Shown here in pieces: positions 61,541 to 64,000 of a stretch of DNA of 64,000 nucleotides. The translations under genes were made by a program, and so were the position numbers. The notes below the pieces were generated by a model. The model saw only the letters and a program-made list of their open reading frames with translations. It had not been told where the DNA came from and made no database searches. Source of the stretch: a bacterium (GTDB lineage: Bacteria; Bacillota_I; Bacilli_A; RF39; UBA660); the NCBI GenBank assembly GCA_029099845.1, contig JAQXOT010000006.1, positions 230 through 64,229 on the forward strand. The letters are read 5' to 3'. The first letter of the stretch is position 1, and every line of letters starts with the position of its first letter.

Positions 61541-61566
61541 AAAAACAAGCAATTACTACTTGTTTA
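61541..61566. repeat. 26-bp direct repeat, copy A (AAAAACAAGCAATTACTACTTGTTTA)
   Basis: 25 of 26 positions identical to 63238..63263. It forms an imperfect hairpin and contains the stop codon of the 4-TM gene. Confidence 0.9.
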
Positions 61567-62307
61567 TTTTATGCTATTATGTATCTCATTCCATTTCAAA
61601 CTTAAACTATCTTTGTTCTTTTCAAAGAAACTAGATGAAAGCATTATATGACAATAGCTCTTTATCGTTTCATAATCCATTACATATTCAATAACCAACG
61701 CTAAATCCTTAGTTTCATTATATTTCTTTGTAACAAACAATTTATAAAAGTCATCATATATCTTACTTACATGAATATAATAATAAATCATCTTAATATA
61801 ATTTAATAATACCTCTGCAGAAAATAACCCTTGTACTAGCGTAATAAACATATTACCTTCTTCTATATTAAAGAAGATTATCAGCCACATTATTAGAATA
61901 AATAATATTTTTAAACCATTATATCTTATCATAGAATGTAAGTTTGCCTTAGTATATAAAGTGCTTTCAAAACTATCAACGCCTAATTTCTTAACCGATG
62001 GACTAAATCTATTATTATAATAGTTCTCAGTCTTATTACTAGTAATATCGACTTGAAATGCATCAGCAATCATTGTTTTTCTTCTTTCCTTTTCAGCATC
62101 GCTTTTTAATATTAAATCTGTATAGAATGAAACTGCTATATAGATAATATTTGATGCAAGTAACAAATAAACTATGACAATCGAGTCACAATATGAATTA
62201 GCTATTGACAATAGAAAGACAGCAACAAATAAAAACGATAATACTTTTTCATTTCTCAGTACATTACGATATAGTGCATCTACATCATTTCTATATTTTT
62301 TATCCAT
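61564..62307 (-). CDS. four-TM membrane protein, S-4TM-like (SMODS-associating 4TM effector candidate)
   Basis: 247 aa. TM pair at about residues 24-64, a soluble linker, a second TM pair at about 131-175, and a helical C-terminus. GGAGG RBS; the start is 10 nt after the upstream stop. Confidence 0.55.
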   Translation of the reverse strand: MDKKYRNDVDALYRNVLRNEKVLSFLFVAVFLLSIANSYCDSIVIVYLLLASNIIYIAVSFYTDLILKSDAEKERRKTMIADAFQVDITSNKTENYYNNRFSPSVKKLGVDSFESTLYTKANLHSMIRYNGLKILFILIMWLIIFFNIEEGNMFITLVQGLFSAEVLLNYIKMIYYYIHVSKIYDDFYKLFVTKKYNETKDLALVIEYVMDYETIKSYCHIMLSSSFFEKNKDSLSLKWNEIHNSIK

Positions 62308-62317
62308 TTGTTCCTCC

Positions 62318-63130
62318 CTATGTCTCTGGTAATATTTTTTTTATAGTTTCAATTGCCTTTTCATGATAACCATATTGATCAAATCTTTTTGCTTCTTCAA
62401 TTAAACTCATAGCCTTGTTAATCCTATCTGTTACATACTCATCTATATAAGTATATTGACTAAGATAAAAGAACATCCAATCCAACATAGCTAACAACGT
62501 TTCACAATGTGCTGATGAAGACATAAACTTATTGGTTAAATATTCTTCAAGTTGATATGATTTGTATTTTTTTAAATTCTTTTTAATATTCCAGTACTTA
62601 ATTATCCTAATAGAATTTTTAAATACATAATTGTATTTTTTATTTACTGTCAGCATATCATTACTTAAATCTTCAATATTGGTAGTCTGCCAAGTCTTAT
62701 CGTCCTTTGGAATGTAAATTCTCCCCATACTATCTATGTATGATGGGACTAATTCAAACTTAATGTTTTGTAATTCAATAACTATAGTTGGTGAAGATTG
62801 TTTTACAATTGATGAAGCATACCAAAATTCAGCGAAGCCTTTTAACCAATTTAAACAGGTTTGAGGTGTATAATTCTTACTATCTTCGAAAACTATTAAG
62901 TAGTCAACATCCGAACCATCATCATACTTTCTTGATATTATAGTATCCCTATCATACGAACCAAAAATTCTCTTTTTTACAACTTTATGTATGCATCTAT
63001 TAGGATTGCCAAAATATAAATCAATTCTATCTGACATAGTACTAATAGAAGTCCTTATACGTTGATTCTCATCACCATTTACATACAAATCTGTACACAT
63101 TTTACTTAAATATCCATTTACTGTTTGCAT
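62318..63130 (-). CDS. SMODS/CD-NTase-like nucleotidyltransferase
   Basis: Pol-beta NTase motifs FGSYDRDT...GSDVDYLIVF and IKFELVPSY, then W.TTN and IRIIKYW segments as in SMODS. The likely start is the ATG at 63130, after GGAGG. Confidence 0.65.
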   Translation of the reverse strand: MQTVNGYLSKMCTDLYVNGDENQRIRTSISTMSDRIDLYFGNPNRCIHKVVKKRIFGSYDRDTIISRKYDDGSDVDYLIVFEDSKNYTPQTCLNWLKGFAEFWYASSIVKQSSPTIVIELQNIKFELVPSYIDSMGRIYIPKDDKTWQTTNIEDLSNDMLTVNKKYNYVFKNSIRIIKYWNIKKNLKKYKSYQLEEYLTNKFMSSSAHCETLLAMLDWMFFYLSQYTYIDEYVTDRINKAMSLIEEAKRFDQYGYHEKAIETIKKILPET

Positions 63131-63150
63131 TTCTTCCTCCAATCAAAAAA

Positions 63151-63173
63151 GATATCATAATTCTAATGATATC
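63151..63173. promoter_or_regulatory. perfect 8-bp inverted repeat in the leader of the NTase operon
   Basis: GATATCAT-N7-ATGATATC lies between a TGaTATAAT extended -10 (minus strand) and the RBS. Confidence 0.4.
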
Positions 63174-63237
63174 TGAGCTATTTTAATTATATCACATATC
63201 TTAATTTTATAATAGTCATTGGATACAATTTCGCGAA

Positions 63238-63263
63238 AAAAACAAGCAATTACTGCTTGTTTA
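63238..63263. repeat. 26-bp direct repeat, copy B (AAAAACAAGCAATTACTGCTTGTTTA); also the terminator hairpin of the integrase fragment
   Basis: Perfect 9-bp stem AAACAAGCA/TGCTTGTTT. On the minus strand it is followed by T7. It contains the integrase stop codon. Confidence 0.9.
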
Positions 63264-63720
63264 AATCGTTTATCAGATTCACTATGTCGTCCAATTTATT
63301 TTTAAACATATGTGAATAAGTATTTAGCGTTTCATCAACTTTAGTATGTCCTAAATACTTAGCAACTAAAGTAATATTAGCACCATTATTGATAAGTAAT
63401 GAAGCACATGAATGTCTAAAATCGTGAATTCTTATTTGTTTAACTCCTGCCTTTTTAGCATTGTCATTCTTTCTTCTTCTAAGAAGATCTGGATGTAATG
63501 GATTGATATCTCCAAATACAAACCATTTATCATTAAACCCATAATAATTATGACATTGTTCCTTTAACTTTAATAAATAATTTACTAACACATCAGGCAT
63601 TGGAACAGTTCTCCTACTTGATTTTGTTTTTGGTGTTGTAATATTCCAATATCCAGAATCTCCTTTAGTAATAGAAATATTTTTATTAGGTGTTTTTCCA
63701 TTACTTCCTGTCCATCCCAT
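63250..63720 (-). pseudogene. chimeric ORF: InlB-B-repeat (Flg_new-like) fragment fused to the C-terminal third of a tyrosine integrase
   Basis: The N-terminal GWTGSNGKTPNKNISITKGDSG matches the surface-protein repeat. From about 63650 downward the sequence is integrase-like (PKTKSSRRTVPMP, HDFRHSCAS, GHTKVDETLNTYSH). The first catalytic Arg region is missing. Confidence 0.72.
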
Positions 63721-63937
63721 AAATATAGTCTTGCTTAGTTGGATTTATCAACTTAAATGTAGGCGATTTAATCATATAGTTTATTGGATTAGGTGTGATA
63801 GTTTCTCCGCCTTGTAAATCATAGGTTATATCGTAAGTGATAAGTTTCCAATGTGCTGTGTAATTTTTATTCCCTGTTGAACCATTAAGAATGGCTACTG
63901 TTTTATTTAAAACATTTCCATTACTTCCTGTCCATCC
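63721..63937 (-). pseudogene. frameshifted fragment of an InlB B-repeat (Listeria-Bacteroides repeat) surface protein gene
   Basis: The minus-strand translation is GWTGSNGNVLNKTVAILNGSTGNKNYTAHWKLITYDITYDLQGGETITPNPINYMIKSPTFKLINPTKQDYI. It is out of frame by one nt with the downstream GWTGSNG. A 23-nt repeat occurs at 63695..63717 and 63915..63937. Confidence 0.6.
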
Positions 63938-64000
63938 AATACATGATTAGACTAATTATATATTGCTTCTAAATATATACTATTGTATACAACAATATTA

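Larger units (their letters stand above)
59198..63937. mobile_element. decayed integrative island remnant
   Basis: Two truncated integrase genes in inverted orientation flank accessory cargo. There is a strand switch relative to the core, plus direct repeats and gene fragments. Confidence 0.55.

Noticed and set aside
60029-61563. DarTG-type toxin-antitoxin (macro-domain antitoxin with a degraded DarT upstream)
   Set aside because: The macro domain has MacroD/YmdB-type motifs rather than the TARG1-like DarG type. The upstream 580 bp show no residual long reading frame and are better explained as an att/regulatory region.
59198-63720. Invertible (shufflon-like) segment bounded by inverted integrase genes
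   Set aside because: The two integrase copies are both truncated, and one lacks the first catalytic Arg region. They are only moderately similar at the DNA level. No long exact inverted repeats that could serve as recombination sites were seen.

Overview
This is an AT-rich (by eye about 70% A+T) chromosomal segment of a low-GC Bacillota organism. Spore-coat and exosporium genes (cotJB/cotJC, a BclA-like collagen protein, a SpoIID-like/LysM cluster) together with an N-domain-less ClpB suggest a spore-forming Erysipelotrichia- or Clostridia-like lineage. All calls come from reading the ORF translations and the DNA by eye; no searches were run. From about 4.8 to 59 kb almost every gene lies on the minus strand and looks like core genome.

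The core genes include:
- a split acyl-CoA-dehydratase-activase-like cluster;
- an ABC-F ATPase and two tandem mini protein-kinase-like paralogs;
- a roughly 594-nt GC-enriched structured RNA with a consensus promoter, followed by a 4-TM OapA-like gene (proposed OLE RNP locus);
- cell-wall hydrolases and an ABC transporter;
- galE, a NUDIX hydrolase, a cysteine desulfurase and a RelP/RelQ-type alarmone synthetase;
- hsp20, phosphoketolase, htpG and a short clpB, the three chaperone genes each preceded by a CIRCE operator with the -35 box inside the spacer;
- a plus-strand block with a collagen-like exosporium gene and twin GT2-TPR glycosyltransferases;
- tRNA-His, and glmS without a ribozyme leader;
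- an orphan D1-only Clp-like AAA+ gene and a CDF transporter;
- an MBOAT/DHHW/DUF4358 O-acylation module;
- a 1307-aa repeat protein ending in a metallophosphoesterase.

The last 5 kb (59.2-63.9 kb) is a decayed integrative island. It holds two truncated tyrosine integrases in inverted orientation, a macro-domain fusion protein and a 580-bp gene-free stretch with tandem 11-mers. It also holds a tightly coupled two-gene SMODS-like nucleotidyltransferase plus 4-TM membrane protein cassette (minimal CBASS-like candidate) bracketed by 26-bp hairpin-forming direct repeats. The island ends in a chimeric integrase/InlB-B-repeat pseudogene. This cassette and its context are the best candidate for an accessory conflict system in the window.
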